From Carcharhinus amblyrhynchos (taxonomy: Eukaryota), in NCBI GenBank assembly GCA_965287045.1, contig OZ336871.1:96720001-96784000 (forward strand): 64,000 bases of DNA. Reading direction: 5' to 3'. The notes below the pieces were generated by a model. It did no database searches, was not told the DNA's origin, and worked only from the letters and a program-made list of their open reading frames with translations. Both the position numbers and the translations under genes were made by a program. Position 1 is the first letter of the stretch. Every line of letters starts with the position of its first letter. Shown in pieces: positions 1 to 11,690 of this stretch.

Positions 1-106
1 GGAGGAAACCAGAGCACTCGAAAGAAACCCACACAGACACGGGGAGAACCTGCAAATTTCACACAGTCACCAAAGGCTGGAATCAAACCCGGGTCCCTGG
101 CCCTGA
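1..106 (-). mobile_element. HE1/V-SINE, partial (head and central domain, cut by window edge)
   Basis: Reverse complement matches the SINE at 2532 and 33642 (cagggacccgggtttgattcc B-box region, ttctccccgtgtctgtgtgggtttc). Confidence 0.85.
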
Positions 107-1369
107 ATTGGATCATGCCTGTTGACAATTAACTGGGCAATTAGGCCCATATTGTGTGAGTGCGCAATGACATCAGGATGAAGGCCTGACATCTTCCCAC
201 ACAATTTCATGCGCTTCCAGGTCATGTAAGCATCCGCTTGAGCGACATACAATTCTGGCCTTAAAGTTGGAAAACGAGAGCTGGACAGCTTTCCCAAACC
301 CTGAGCATCCTTCTTTGCTTTTCATGGCTTTTAACTTTATTAGTTTACTTATAGACATTGTTGTACTGTGGCAGAGCAAATTACACCATTATTCTTCTGC
401 TCCTCTCAGTGCCCAACTAGATTGGGTCATTGATTGCAATGAGTCATTTCAGTCAAGTATCTCATTTCAGACTGCACCATGTTCAGCCATCAGCAAAGTT
501 CCTTCTACAACAGGGGGTCAATTAGTAAATCAGCATGAGGCTGTGCTTGGCAAAGTAGAAGGCATGAACAAAGAAGTGCAAGAACAAAGCAAAAATAGCT
601 CCATGAACTGCTGAACCCAGTGCCTCATTTCTCACAAGGCTTGCTCACAAACTTACATTGGCAATTCAGCTGTGATTTGAGATTACACCAAGCAGCTTGC
701 ATAGTTTAGGAGATACCACAATTCACAGTTGCATATTGTTGCATGGCTGCTTGATCAACCTGCAGAACACCAGATGAAGAGTCCTACCTGAAACTACATG
801 CTTCCTAACACCTTGTTTGGATAGTTACCCTTTGTATATGGGTCTGCAACATCACTAGAGAATGTAATGCACCAATAATCTGCCTTTTGGATTGTTAAAA
901 TTGAATATGGCTTTATGTTCATTTGATGCAAAGATTAATTGGAAATATCAAAGTGCCAAGGAACTATCAAAGCTCCGGCCAGCTGCCAAAGAACTGTCTA
1001 GCTGTCAAAGAACTGTCAAATTGTATTAGGTGAGTTGGCATGGAGAGAGTAAGGCAAAGGGAGTGCACGGGTTAGCATGAGTTGTTACTAAGTTGGCATA
1101 GGGTGTACAACGGGCCATGGGCATGTGGGGGCATAGGGAATATGAGAGGTAATTGGGGTGGGTAGAGGGGCTTGGATTGGCATAATTATTACAGGGACCC
1201 ATTAGGGGTGCGTAGATGGGCATGTTTGGTGTAAATTTGGACTGTAATTTTCCTATATTGTTGGATATAATGATGCATGATTTTCTTATAGCTATGTATG
1301 GACTGGTCCTAACTCTGTGTCTATAATTTGAGTTCAAATGTTAGGCATGTTCCTTCAGAACCTCACTTT

Positions 1370-1567
1370 CATAGAGTCATAGAATCCCTACAGAGCAGAG
1401 GTAGGCCATTTGGCCCATCGACTCTGCACCAACCATAATCCCAGCCAGGCTCTATTCCTGTAACCCCACTTGTTTAGCCTGCTAATCCCTTGACACTAGG
1501 ATCAATGTAGCACAGCCAATAAACCTAGCCTGCACATCTTTGGACTGCGGGAGGAAACTGGAGCACT
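1370..1567 (-). mobile_element. HE1 SINE 3' half with CR1-type tail
   Basis: Minus strand ends gatgggccaaatggcctacctctgctctgtagggattctatgactctatg, the tail shared with the other HE1 copies. Confidence 0.85.
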
Positions 1568-2531
1568 TTCCATCTTCAAAGCCTACAGTTAATGACCGAA
1601 GACCAGAGGCACATCCAACACAATACAAAACATCTCTGGGAAAACAAACCATGTTGAAAGATGTTGCGAGTTTAGTTTTATGTCAACCACACGAATACAG
1701 AAACTTCATGTCATTCATTGCTTGTCAATGGTGAAGCAGACAGCGATTTGGCATTTTTGCAAAGCTAACAGCGGAGCAAAGCAACTTGAACAGCAACCTT
1801 TGGATTTCCAAGTTTTACAGCATTCCTGCCGTAAATTAATGACAATACCATTATCCATGTGTTATTTTGACTGCCGAATATTCGCAGTCTTGGACTTTAA
1901 TAAACTTACTGAAAATTAGGTATTCCTTTTCATTCTAAAGGATCTATTCTTAATCAATGTTTCCTTCCTAAACTGATTAAATATGTGGTTCATCTTTCTA
2001 CATACAAAGGGACCAGATCTAGGTCTAATATTAATTTATCTAATTTTCAAAATGAAATTTATATATTCATAATAAATACACATAACAATCTTTACCTATA
2101 GCAGGCTTGGGATATAATGAAGCAATAAATGTTGGTGCACTGAAGAAAAAGCATTTTTCAACATGTCACTGTGGCATCCTCGGCTAATCCCTGTTAATAC
2201 ATTGGTTATCAGCTCATGATAATCCCAGTGGTTCGGATTTGGAGATGACTACAGTGAGTCAACGTGTTTCTGGATTGCTCTCACTCCACTATTGTAATAT
2301 GCAAGAAGCGTGATGAAAATCCTTTTTTACACAAGCAAGCCGGATTTCCATTGCACTCCTGATGAAGTTAGGAAGGTGGATCAGCAGCAGCTCTTGACGC
2401 CAGTAGATTTGTATGGATTCCATCTAAGGCAATTAAGAGTAGCTGAAAGTTCAGTAATAACTAGAACATGGTCGGTTTTGTGTTCCAGTTGGTTCCCTGT
2501 TCTCTATGCCAGTGAGGAACACCTTAAAGTT

Positions 2532-2836
2532 GGGCAGAATGGTGGCACAGTGGTCGGCACGGCTACCTCACAGCACCAGGGACCTGGGTTCGATTGCCAG
2601 CTTGGATCACTTTCTGTGTGTAATCTGCACGTTCTCCCCTTCTCTGTGTGGGTTTCCTCCAGGTGCTCCAGTTTCCTCCCACATTCCGAAAGATGTGCTG
2701 GTTAAGTGCATTGACCGTGCTAAATTCTTCCTCAGTGTATCCAAACAGGCGCCAGAGTGTGGCGACTAGGGATTTTCACAGTAACTTCACTGCAGTGTTA
2801 ATGTAAGTCTTCTTGTACCACTAATAAATAAACTTT
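2532..2836 (+). mobile_element. V-SINE, full length, alternative (non-CR1) tail
   Basis: tRNA-like head (A box tggcacagtgg, B box ggttcgattgcc), central domain, tail gattttcacagtaacttcactgcagtgttaatgtaag...taataaataaac. Confidence 0.88.
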
Positions 2837-3411
2837 TGAATATGCATTGTAACTTATTTTGATGACTTTCATAATGTTATATTTTGCGTGATTGAATACT
2901 TACGAATGTGGTTCTCCTCTGCTTGTTATTCAATTGGTCAGTCAAATATACTCACATTTAAATTTCCATCAATTCATGGTTCCCTTTAAAATCTAGTTGC
3001 TATCCTCAACCTGCAATTTCAGTGCATAGACACTGTAAAGATTATTTTGTGTGGCCACGCATATGCATGATTCATCACAGAGCAAAACCTGAGTGCTACC
3101 TCTCAAGCTGCTGCATGGTTGTGCATATCACACAGTGCATAAGAGGCCCTTTGGCCCATTGTGTCTGTACCGAACGTAACTACCAGAAACATTAGTGATG
3201 TCCTTTTATTCACAAAGAATAGCATAATCGGTGTTTTTTTGTTCCTGTGTCGAGCCTGCTTATATGACAAATCAAAAAAATACCCTTGGGCCCATGAAGT
3301 TTAACAGAAAATAAATGAAATATCACTTCTTGTGGAGAGGGGGGAAGTTCTATCACAGAGTGATTCAGCAGATATTGATGAGAAATACTCATAGTATTTC
3401 ATTACAGAGCA

Positions 3412-3600
3412 CAGAATAGACTCATCATAGACTCCTAAGAGGCCATTCAGCCCATCGAGTCTGCAACAATCACAATCCCACCCAAGCTCTATTCCCATAT
3501 CCCTACCTATTTACCCACTAATCCCTCTAATCTATGCATCCTGGGACAGTAAGGGGCAATTTAGAATGGCCAATCAACACAGCCCATACATTTTTGGACT
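3412..3600 (-). mobile_element. HE1 SINE 3' half
   Basis: ggccattcagcccatcgagtctgca...ggggcaatttagaatggccaatc is the reverse complement of the HE1 tail. Confidence 0.8.
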
Positions 3601-4237
3601 AATGAACACTGCACAACTAAACTGAAGTTTTTGTTCCAGCACACTTAAAATGGGCTTGAGTAAACCTAGAGCCAATTGATACACCAAAACGTTTAAATCT
3701 AAAATAAACTGAATATAGTGTAAGAAAAAGTGAGACTGATAATGTAGATTCCTTGTAACAAAGATGTTCAGAAGTCAGATATATAATCTGTATTTAGAAT
3801 AAACAATAAAGTTGAAAATACAACCCTGCACATTGCTGTGTAGGTACAGTGTCCACCTGTGAAATTGCCAGATAATGCGAGGTCAGTTCACTTGTTTAAT
3901 TTTCTGCTCTTTTTGGGGGTGTTGCTTATGGGACCACCAGGGTTAGAATCTTAGCAGGCAGAGTTTGGTGAAAGGCCTATTGTAGACCAGGCAATTTGTT
4001 TCAGTATGGGTGATGGCCTCCAGGAGAGGATGCGGGAGGTAAGCGTAAATGGAAAGTTTTTTAAAATGTAACCCGGCCTCCTTTTCAGTTTGAAATAGAC
4101 ATACTGTCACTAGTATGTTGCTCAGGCACTCCATTATCAGGTAGCCTAATTCAAGTGCAAATCGGTAGCCTAACAAATTTCAAGTATGGCTTGTGCAAAA
4201 CTACTTCAGCCAGTTTGTGTGACCTTTTATTTCTCAG

Positions 4238-5272
4238 TTGATTTGATTTGATTTATTGTCACATGCATTAGTTTTCAGTGAAAAATATTGTTTCTAGCAT
4301 GCTATACAGACAAAGCATACTGTTCATAGATAAGGAAATGAGATAGTGCAGAATGTAGTGCTACAGTCATAGTGAGGGTGTAGAGAAACATCAACTTATT
4401 GCAAGGTAGGTCCATTCAAAAGTCTGATGGCAGCAGGAAACAAGCTGTTCTTGAATCAGTTGGGACATGACTTCAGACTTTTGTACCTTGATGGAAAAAG
4501 TTGGAAGAGAGAATGTCCGGGGTACATGGGGTCCTTAATTATGCTGGCTGCTTTGCCGAGGCTGTGGGAAATGTAGACAGAGACAATGGATGGGAGGCTG
4601 GTTTGCGTGATGGATTGGACTACATTCATGATCTTTTGTAGTTCCTTGCGGCCTTGGGCAGAGCAGGAGCCATACCAAGCTGTGATATAACCAAAAAGAA
4701 TGCTTTCGATGGTGCATCTGTAAAAGTTGGTGAGAGTCGTAGCTGACATGCTAAATTTCCTTAGTCTTCTGAGAAAGTAGAGGCATTGGTGGGTGTTCTG
4801 AACTATACTGTCAGAATGGAGGGACCAGGACAGATTTTTGGTGATCTGGACACCTAGAAACTTGAAGCTATTGACCATTTTTATTTTGTCTCCATTGATG
4901 TAGAAAGGGCTTCCTGAAGTCGATGTCAATCTTCGTCAGTTTTGTTGACATTGAGGGAGAGTTTATTGCTGTTGCACCAGTTCACCAGATTCTCTGTCTC
5001 GTTCCTGTACTCTTTCTCATCATTGTTGGTGATCTGACCCACTACTGGTGTCATCAGCAAACTTGAAAATCAAGTTGGAGGGGAATTTGGCCACACAGTC
5101 ATAGGTGTATACGGAGTATAATCGGGGGCTGAGAACACAGCCTTGTGGGACACTGGTGTTGGGGATGATCATGGAGGAGGTGTTGTTGCCTATCCCCTTA
5201 CTGTTTGTGGTCTGCGGGTTCGGAAGTTCAGGATCCAGTCACAGAGGGAGGTGCCGAGGCCCATGACAGGGA
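4238..5272 (-). mobile_element. Rex1/Babar-clade LINE, 3' fragment, decayed
   Basis: ORF 4456-4929 reads FKFLGVQITKNLSW...LYFLRRLRKF...FYRCTIESIL...AWYG, typical of the Rex1/Babar C-terminus; ends tgtgacaataaa(tcaaa)n. Confidence 0.85.
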
Positions 5273-5599
5273 GTTGGATGTTAGGATCCATTCCGCAGAA
5301 GATGCCTGACACAAAAATCAACATTTAATGGAAAACAAAGGCAACAGAGAAGACTGCAACAACTACAAATACTCCTCTTTCCTCTGAGTCACAGGGAAGG
5401 CCTTTGTTAGGATCATGCTGTAAAAACTCCATCTACTCATAGACTGAGGGTATGCAGAAGCACGGTGCGGTTTCTGTACTGGCAGATCTAATGTGGACTG
5501 ATCTTCTCCATACACCAGCGAAATGTAGGGAAAAAGAGATCTCTTCACTAAAGTGCTTGAAACTGCTCAATACCCCCCACCCTCCCAACAATGCGCTGC

Positions 5600-6598
5600 C
5601 ATACATTCATTGACTAATGAAGACTCACACTTGGTTGAAACCATCTATGCTGCGCCTCACTTACCATGATGACCTGTTCAATCCACCTATTCAATGCCTT
5701 CCATTTCAGTGCCTCATATAGAGCACTCTTCCTGAGCAAGATCCATCAGCAAACATCCTTTGGATCAAAGAATGCAAAACACGGTGTGTCGATAACAGGT
5801 TCCTTGTGACAAACCCAATCTGTTGAATGGGAGTCTTTGAAGTGCCATGGTGACGGTCATGTTGTGGAATCGAGCTTCAGAGTGCTGCTCCTTCATCAAG
5901 TGAGTGGAGCTTTTTCTTATGGTGACAGTGGACTTGCTAAACAGGTACAAGACAAGCCTGGGTCCCCTTGAAACCAATCCCAACTGCAAATGCCTCAGTA
6001 TAAACCCCTTTCTGTACTTGTGGATAGATACAAACAATTATCTGCACATTATCAAGGCGTGTCCTTCACCAAAGGAACTCAACAACTTCTATCTTTGCTC
6101 CTTGTGGCACATTCTGAGTATCGCATGGAAGGGTAAAATCACAAATGAAGCAATCCTCTCAAAGGCAAATTGCCCCAAGTATGTTGGAACTTATCAAGCT
6201 GGTCGGGGTATCTTTGCAGGAGAGAAAATAGTCACATCCCTAAAGATTTTCTGTATGGTACAATAGCTGGAGCCAGGTGACCAGTTGATGCTCAGAGTTC
6301 TTCTTTAAGGACACTTGCAAGGTTCTAAACATCAATGGGAGACATTAGCCAATGACAGAGCAAAATACAACACCATCTGTGAGCCAGCCTGCGCCACCAT
6401 GACGATCAGTGACTGCAGTGGTTTGGTAACTGGCGCCAACATAGAAAACAACAACCCACAACAACACCTTAAAACTACTCTTATGGAGTGATCTCTTCAG
6501 CCATCAGCAAAGGTGCACCACAGAAAGCTTCTCCATCCTCAACGGATTTGATTTGCTGCATGTCCATTATCTTATGTAGGTGGAAGGTTGCTGATGAC
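5600..6598 (+). mobile_element. RTE-clade LINE 3' fragment, highly decayed
   Basis: Translation HILSIAWKGKITNEAILSKA resembles the RTE motif RILxIxWxDKITNxxVLxxA; start boundary approximate. Confidence 0.65.
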
Positions 6599-6616
6599 AG
6601 TATGATAAAAAATGAT

Positions 6617-6725
6617 ACCCGAACAGTCGCCGGAGTGTGGTGACTAGGGGATTTTCACAATAACTTCATTGCAGTGTTAATGCAAGCCTACTTGTGACAG
6701 TAATAAATAAACTTTAAACTTTAAA
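6617..6725 (+). mobile_element. Isolated 3' tail of the alternative-tail V-SINE
   Basis: ccggagtgtggtgactaggggattttcacaataacttcattgcagtgttaatg...aataaataaactttaaac matches 2750-2836. Confidence 0.85.
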
Positions 6726-7490
6726 ACCTGCTTGTTACTTCCTGGTATCCTTTCTATGAGATTTCTTCAGTGTTATCCTGCTTGATAACAACACTCTTTG
6801 TGGAAATCAGAGATCCCCTACAGACGAAGGCAGAATGAAATTAACATTGGGAAAAGTGAAATCCACACCATAGAGATCACAAGGCTTTTGTGGGCAGTTT
6901 TCTCTGAGATCAGCAATGAACAGCAATACTTTACTGCTGACCACAAAATCGGTGCCATGATCTAAACAAGGTGATGAATTACACCGAGCTGTATTTCTGA
7001 TGATAACTGAGGAGAAAAGAAGTGAATAAAATGCATTGGATAGGTTAAAAAGTGCTCACAGACTGTGGTTAGCATCAGTCTTAGGAAAATGGATAAATTA
7101 GCGTTCACAACTCGCAAGAAAAAATACCCAGTTCTTATTCATTGATCTGGGTTTGTAAAGAGAAACTTACGCTTTTTATAAATGGATTTATTATTTTGTT
7201 GAGTAATCTTCTTCCAATATGATTATCCAGCTACTGAGTAAACATTAACACTTCATCTATTTCTGAAATTACAGCAAAGCATTTTTGCTGATTACTTGAA
7301 ACCAAGGCATTGTTAGTATTGATTGAACCTTTTCCACTGTAATCACAAGATTTCACCGTGTATCAATTTTCACCAGCCAGCCAGAAGCAGAAAGACAGAT
7401 TTCACATGAACAGTAAAGTTAATTTCAGTTCTCTAAAACCGCAATGTGCCATGGCGCAGTTTTTCACCTTCTATAATACTATCTAAACAT

Positions 7491-7711
7491 GATATGGAGA
7501 TGCCAGCGTTGGACTGGGGTAGGCACAGCAAGAAGTCTCACAACACCAAGTTAAAGTCCAACAGATTTATTTGGAATCATGAGCTTTCGAAGTGCTGCTC
7601 CTTCATCAGGTAAGCAGCGCTGCTCTACTCACCTGAGGAAGGGGCAGTGCTCCGAAAGCTCATGATTCCAAATAAACCTGTTCGACTTTAATCTGGTGTT
7701 GTGAGACTTCT
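7491..7711. mobile_element. Palindromic Penelope-derived element with two oppositely oriented minimal hammerhead motifs
   Basis: Arms ~7529-7613 and ~7629-7712 are reverse complements. Plus arm has ctgagga-a-ggggc/gctcc-gaaagctc. Flanked by tactatctaa(a/g)cat at 7477-7490 and 7712-7725. Confidence 0.8.
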
Positions 7712-9659
7712 TACTATCTAAGCATTTTGTGCTCCATGTATGAGTACCCTGTGGCTTGTCATTACTGGCAACAATAACAAATGCAGACTGTTCCTGTACC
7801 ATCTCTAGATCGATTACAGGGCCATTAGACTGGTCTCTTCCATTTATCTGGATCAACATTATATCACAATTCAACCACTCAAACAAGATTTCCTTTCTGG
7901 TATACTTAGTCCTGTAATGTACAGTGCTCATTTTAAAACAGAAATAGATGATTAAATAAATAGAGCTCCAATGTATAAATGATGAATAACTAATTAGTCA
8001 AGTAATTATTAAGGCTGGATAAGAAACTAAGGTTTGAGGTTTAAAAGTTTCCATTTCCTGTCAGTCATATGTCTAAACAGGCTGCCATTGTCCATGGAAA
8101 CAGAGAGCATTCACATACCGAATGTAACACGGGCCCCATTCATCCTTCCCATTCTTGGGCAGGTAAATGAAAACTTGTCCAAATTCAGATAAAAGAAAGG
8201 TCATGAACCACTGAATTGTTCTGCTCAATAGAACAATGTACATCAATGGCTAAAACCAATAAAATGTACCCAATCACAACAAATAACCACTTGGCTAATT
8301 ACAACAGACCTAATTTGAGGTGAGGTAATCTGAATTCAAGTATTAAAAGTGGGTCAGGGGAACCATTTTGTAGCTTGCAAGTTGGAGGTACTGAGTACTC
8401 CTGGGGCAGGCTTTGGGGAAATTGCTGCCAGTCGGAAACCTGAGAATGGTTTACGCTTCTCCCTGGGTGATCACCCAATTGAAGTTGGTTGTATATTTGA
8501 TAAGTATGCATTTTTCTTTTTAAATAAATTATGATATTATTCTGGAGTCCTGCCTTGCCTTGTGGTCAAGTCTTCCTTAAACTGAAGCATTTTTGAGGGT
8601 CAGTGAAGAACCTAGTAATTAGATATATGTGACCAAATTAACTGAATCTCAATTTCAATTATATTCCCATTTATAAAAAAAATTCATTAAAAAAAATGTG
8701 ATTTACCAAAGATGAACAGAGAACAAAGCCAACCTACCACGTCATACTGGCCATAATATTTCCAAACCAAGTTACTATTCATAGCTCTGAGACTTAAATA
8801 TCCTCAATATTTTATATTTCAGATTATATTTACACAGAACTAATTCTTCTACCCAGAATTTCTTCTAATGTGATATGAATCATCATTTCCCTGTCCCTCT
8901 TTATGTTGGTGCCTTTCTTTCAGGTGAAAATTGCAAGGTCTGAGCATTTTATTTTACTGTTCTCTCTGCTACCTTCGCTGCTGAGGAGTTGTCGATAAAG
9001 TTAGATCACTGACGGCTGTCTTCCTGAGGGCAGTTTCAAGAGTTTGAAAATCTTAGCTCGGCAAACTGAAAATGTTAAATTGCAATGTGCTACTAAGAGC
9101 CAAAAAGCAAATATACATTGATGTGCCACATGGAGAAGACTGGCACAATGGTGGGAATTACATTATGCATTTCAAAAACACACTAGCTGAGGGTAATGCC
9201 TCATCTTTCCTACAAATATCACTCGCTTTTGCCTTCTGCCCTATCATTGACATTCCTTTTGTTCTCCCCTCTTCTCAATAATCTAAGTTGTATGTTAGTT
9301 GGGAAATTCCTGGAGCCCACAAAGAAGTCAGGGGAGATATTGCCTCCTATTGGCCAGCTCTCCGTGTAGACATTAAACTCCCATCAGCTACTCAATTGCA
9401 TTGAGCCAGGAGGTCTGCCTCTTACCAAGAGAACACCTCACCTCTGAGCTCTGCAGGGAATGGGAGGGCGGACAGCTCTCATGTCTTGTCAGTGCCACTA
9501 AGAGCAGTGGCTACTGGTCTGAGACTGCAGCAAGTCTCAAAGGGAAGTATGCTCGAATGTGATCAAACTGTGAGCTAAGTCATGTGTCTCGCCAACTCTG
9601 GTGAGTGGGTGTGCGAGGGGGTCTCCTCATCCACGTACCCACTCACCACCTAGCACCTT

Positions 9660-9775
9660 CTCCTTTCCTTCTACTCCATGTACTCTATGTACAGTATGTT
9701 TTGACTGTATAGCACTCAAGAAACAATGTCTTTCATTGCATCCCAATACATGTGACAATAATAAATCAAATCGAG
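9660..9775 (+). mobile_element. Rex1/Babar LINE 3' tail remnant
   Basis: tgtatagcactcaagaaacaatg...atacatgtgacaataataaatcaaatc matches the tail at 4238-4320. Confidence 0.7.
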
Positions 9776-10599
9776 TCAGTGGTACACAAGAATCTCATGG
9801 CAGCCAGTTCACGATTGTTTAATGGTGCATTGCACCAGCCACCCTGTTTCCTTCTCCTACAGGCCCCATAAAATACCTCCCAAGCATTTTATTTTTGACT
9901 GAGCAATAGCAGGGGTGATCAACAAATGCATTTTAAAGATAGCTGCAATAGAAGTCATGTATATGAATAGGATTCAGCAATCTATTCTCGCAAGTTTACT
10001 TTTCTCCCAAGAAATACAGAACACATGGCCACGCTTCCAGGTTCTGTATAGAAAACAGTAGCAGCAAAATTAACAGGTGAAATTCTGAGATTAACACAAT
10101 CCGCTTGCCTACATTGAGCACATGCTGGAATCCTATAATTGAGCACCACACACCAATTTGCAGGACTCAAGAGTTGACGTTTTTCATTACGTTCTGTGAC
10201 AGTTAAGCACAGTTGCTGAATGAATTACATGTAATTTATATTCACATTTCAATTCTTTTTAGTCTTCTCAGTTTCAAAACTGGTTACAGGAGCAATTGCG
10301 TGCTTTATTGCGAGACGTAAAATAGACAAAAATAGAAGCTAATAAATTAGCTTGGAGCAGTTGCGACATTTCCCACTGCCTGTATTTTGTAGAACATGAA
10401 GTCTACAGATCAGCCTTCACCCCTGCCAGCAAAGCTAACGCTCTACTAATAACGTGTGAAAAGTCGTCACTTTAAAACATGAGCAGAGTTCCACGTGTCA
10501 GAATTTAGGACTTCAAACAAAATTTACATTGTCAAATGCAAAGAATCATTTTCTTGTAACTGTCATCCAACCTCTAATTCTTTACCTCTCTTGCTCTAT

Positions 10600-10740
10600 G
10601 GGGGGCATTTTCCTGTCCTGCCAGCTGTGGGAATCGTAGCAGGCAGGGATGGGGGGGTGGAGGGGGGACCATGGAAAAGTCAGTCGACTTCGGGCGGGAT
10701 TTTCCGGCTTTAGGGCGAGTGCAGCCGAAAAATCCTGTCC
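10600..10740. mobile_element. Short MITE, PIF/Harbinger-like
   Basis: Imperfect TIRs (ggggggcattttcc ... gaaaaatcctgtcc) flanked by TAT at 10597-10599 and 10741-10743; related copies at 29646, 32354 and 38106. Confidence 0.7.
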
Positions 10741-10743
10741 TAT

Positions 10744-11690
10744 GGACGGATGTTTACTGGCTCACCCACCCGTCGAGGGACTGAGAAGTCAGGATCATGT
10801 CCGATTTCTCGGCTCTCGCGACTTTACAAGAGCCGGATTTATTTAAATATATTTAAATATTGATTTCCATAAGTTTAGTGAGCCTGACGCTCAATCGTCC
10901 AGGCTCCCTTGCCTTTATTGCCTCACCAGAAGAGGTTCTGGGGACTAGTCATGTTGGCCTTGTCAGTGGAACCGGAGGCCACTGAGGCCATCAAGGGAGG
11001 CTGAGGGCAAGAGGGTGCCCCTTTGGGCATATTGGGTCAGGGCATGAATGGGAGGCCTGATCGGGGGGGCGCAGCGGTGGTGAGGGAGGCCTGCTGCGTC
11101 ATCTGCAACAGGATCAGATCTGGGGGTGGTGGGGTACAGGGGCCCACAACGCCATCTGCAACAGGATCAGATCTGGAGGGCTGGGAGGGGTGTCTGCTGC
11201 CGTCCTGCAATGGGATCAAATTCAGAGGAAGAGGGGCACTGCTGTTCTGCAGTTGCGATCAGATTGGGAAAGGGGGAACCATTTGGTCTGGGTGGCGGGG
11301 ACTTGTTGCCCATGCATTGTGGGGCCTGTGATCAGCCGCTTCGCGGGCCCCCACGATTGCGGGGAAGGGCTCGGTGGGGATGGGTGGGGGGCTAGTTGAG
11401 GCTGCCTGCAATTGCAGGGCCCTGACAGCTCTCTGTGTGTCAGATCCCTGCAGTGCTTATTGAGCATGTGCAGAATCAGATGTCTGCATGTGTGCAGTAG
11501 CTCCCTCTACAGGCTGGCTGGCATATTAAGCCTAGCCCGCTGCCTGCAGTAGCTAGAAACAGTCCAGACCAGTTTTTCAATGTCTGACAGCATTAAACTG
11601 AGCATGAAAACACGTGAAAAAAATGGATCAGGAATTTGCCCATTTTCACGCTAGCTGGACATTTACAATCAATCTCATAAAATTCTGCCC
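10744..11690. mobile_element. Longer Harbinger-type non-autonomous element with internal subrepeats
   Basis: Begins ggacggatgttt and ends aaattctgccc; internal AT palindrome atttaaatatatttaaat and GC-rich repeats at 11100-11268. Confidence 0.55.

Noticed and set aside
2532-2605. tRNA gene-like A and B boxes (also at other SINE heads)
   Set aside because: They continue directly into SINE bodies, with no complete cloverleaf or Pol III terminator.
7171-7262. Minus-strand exon-like segment (tttcag...gtaagt)
   Set aside because: 92 nt with stops in all three frames; the best frame (IDEVLMFTQ*LDNHIG...) has an internal TAG.
11100-11268. CRISPR-like repeat-spacer pattern
   Set aside because: Only two exact 24-bp repeats, low-complexity G-rich spacers, no cas genes, vertebrate context, and it lies inside a MITE-like element.
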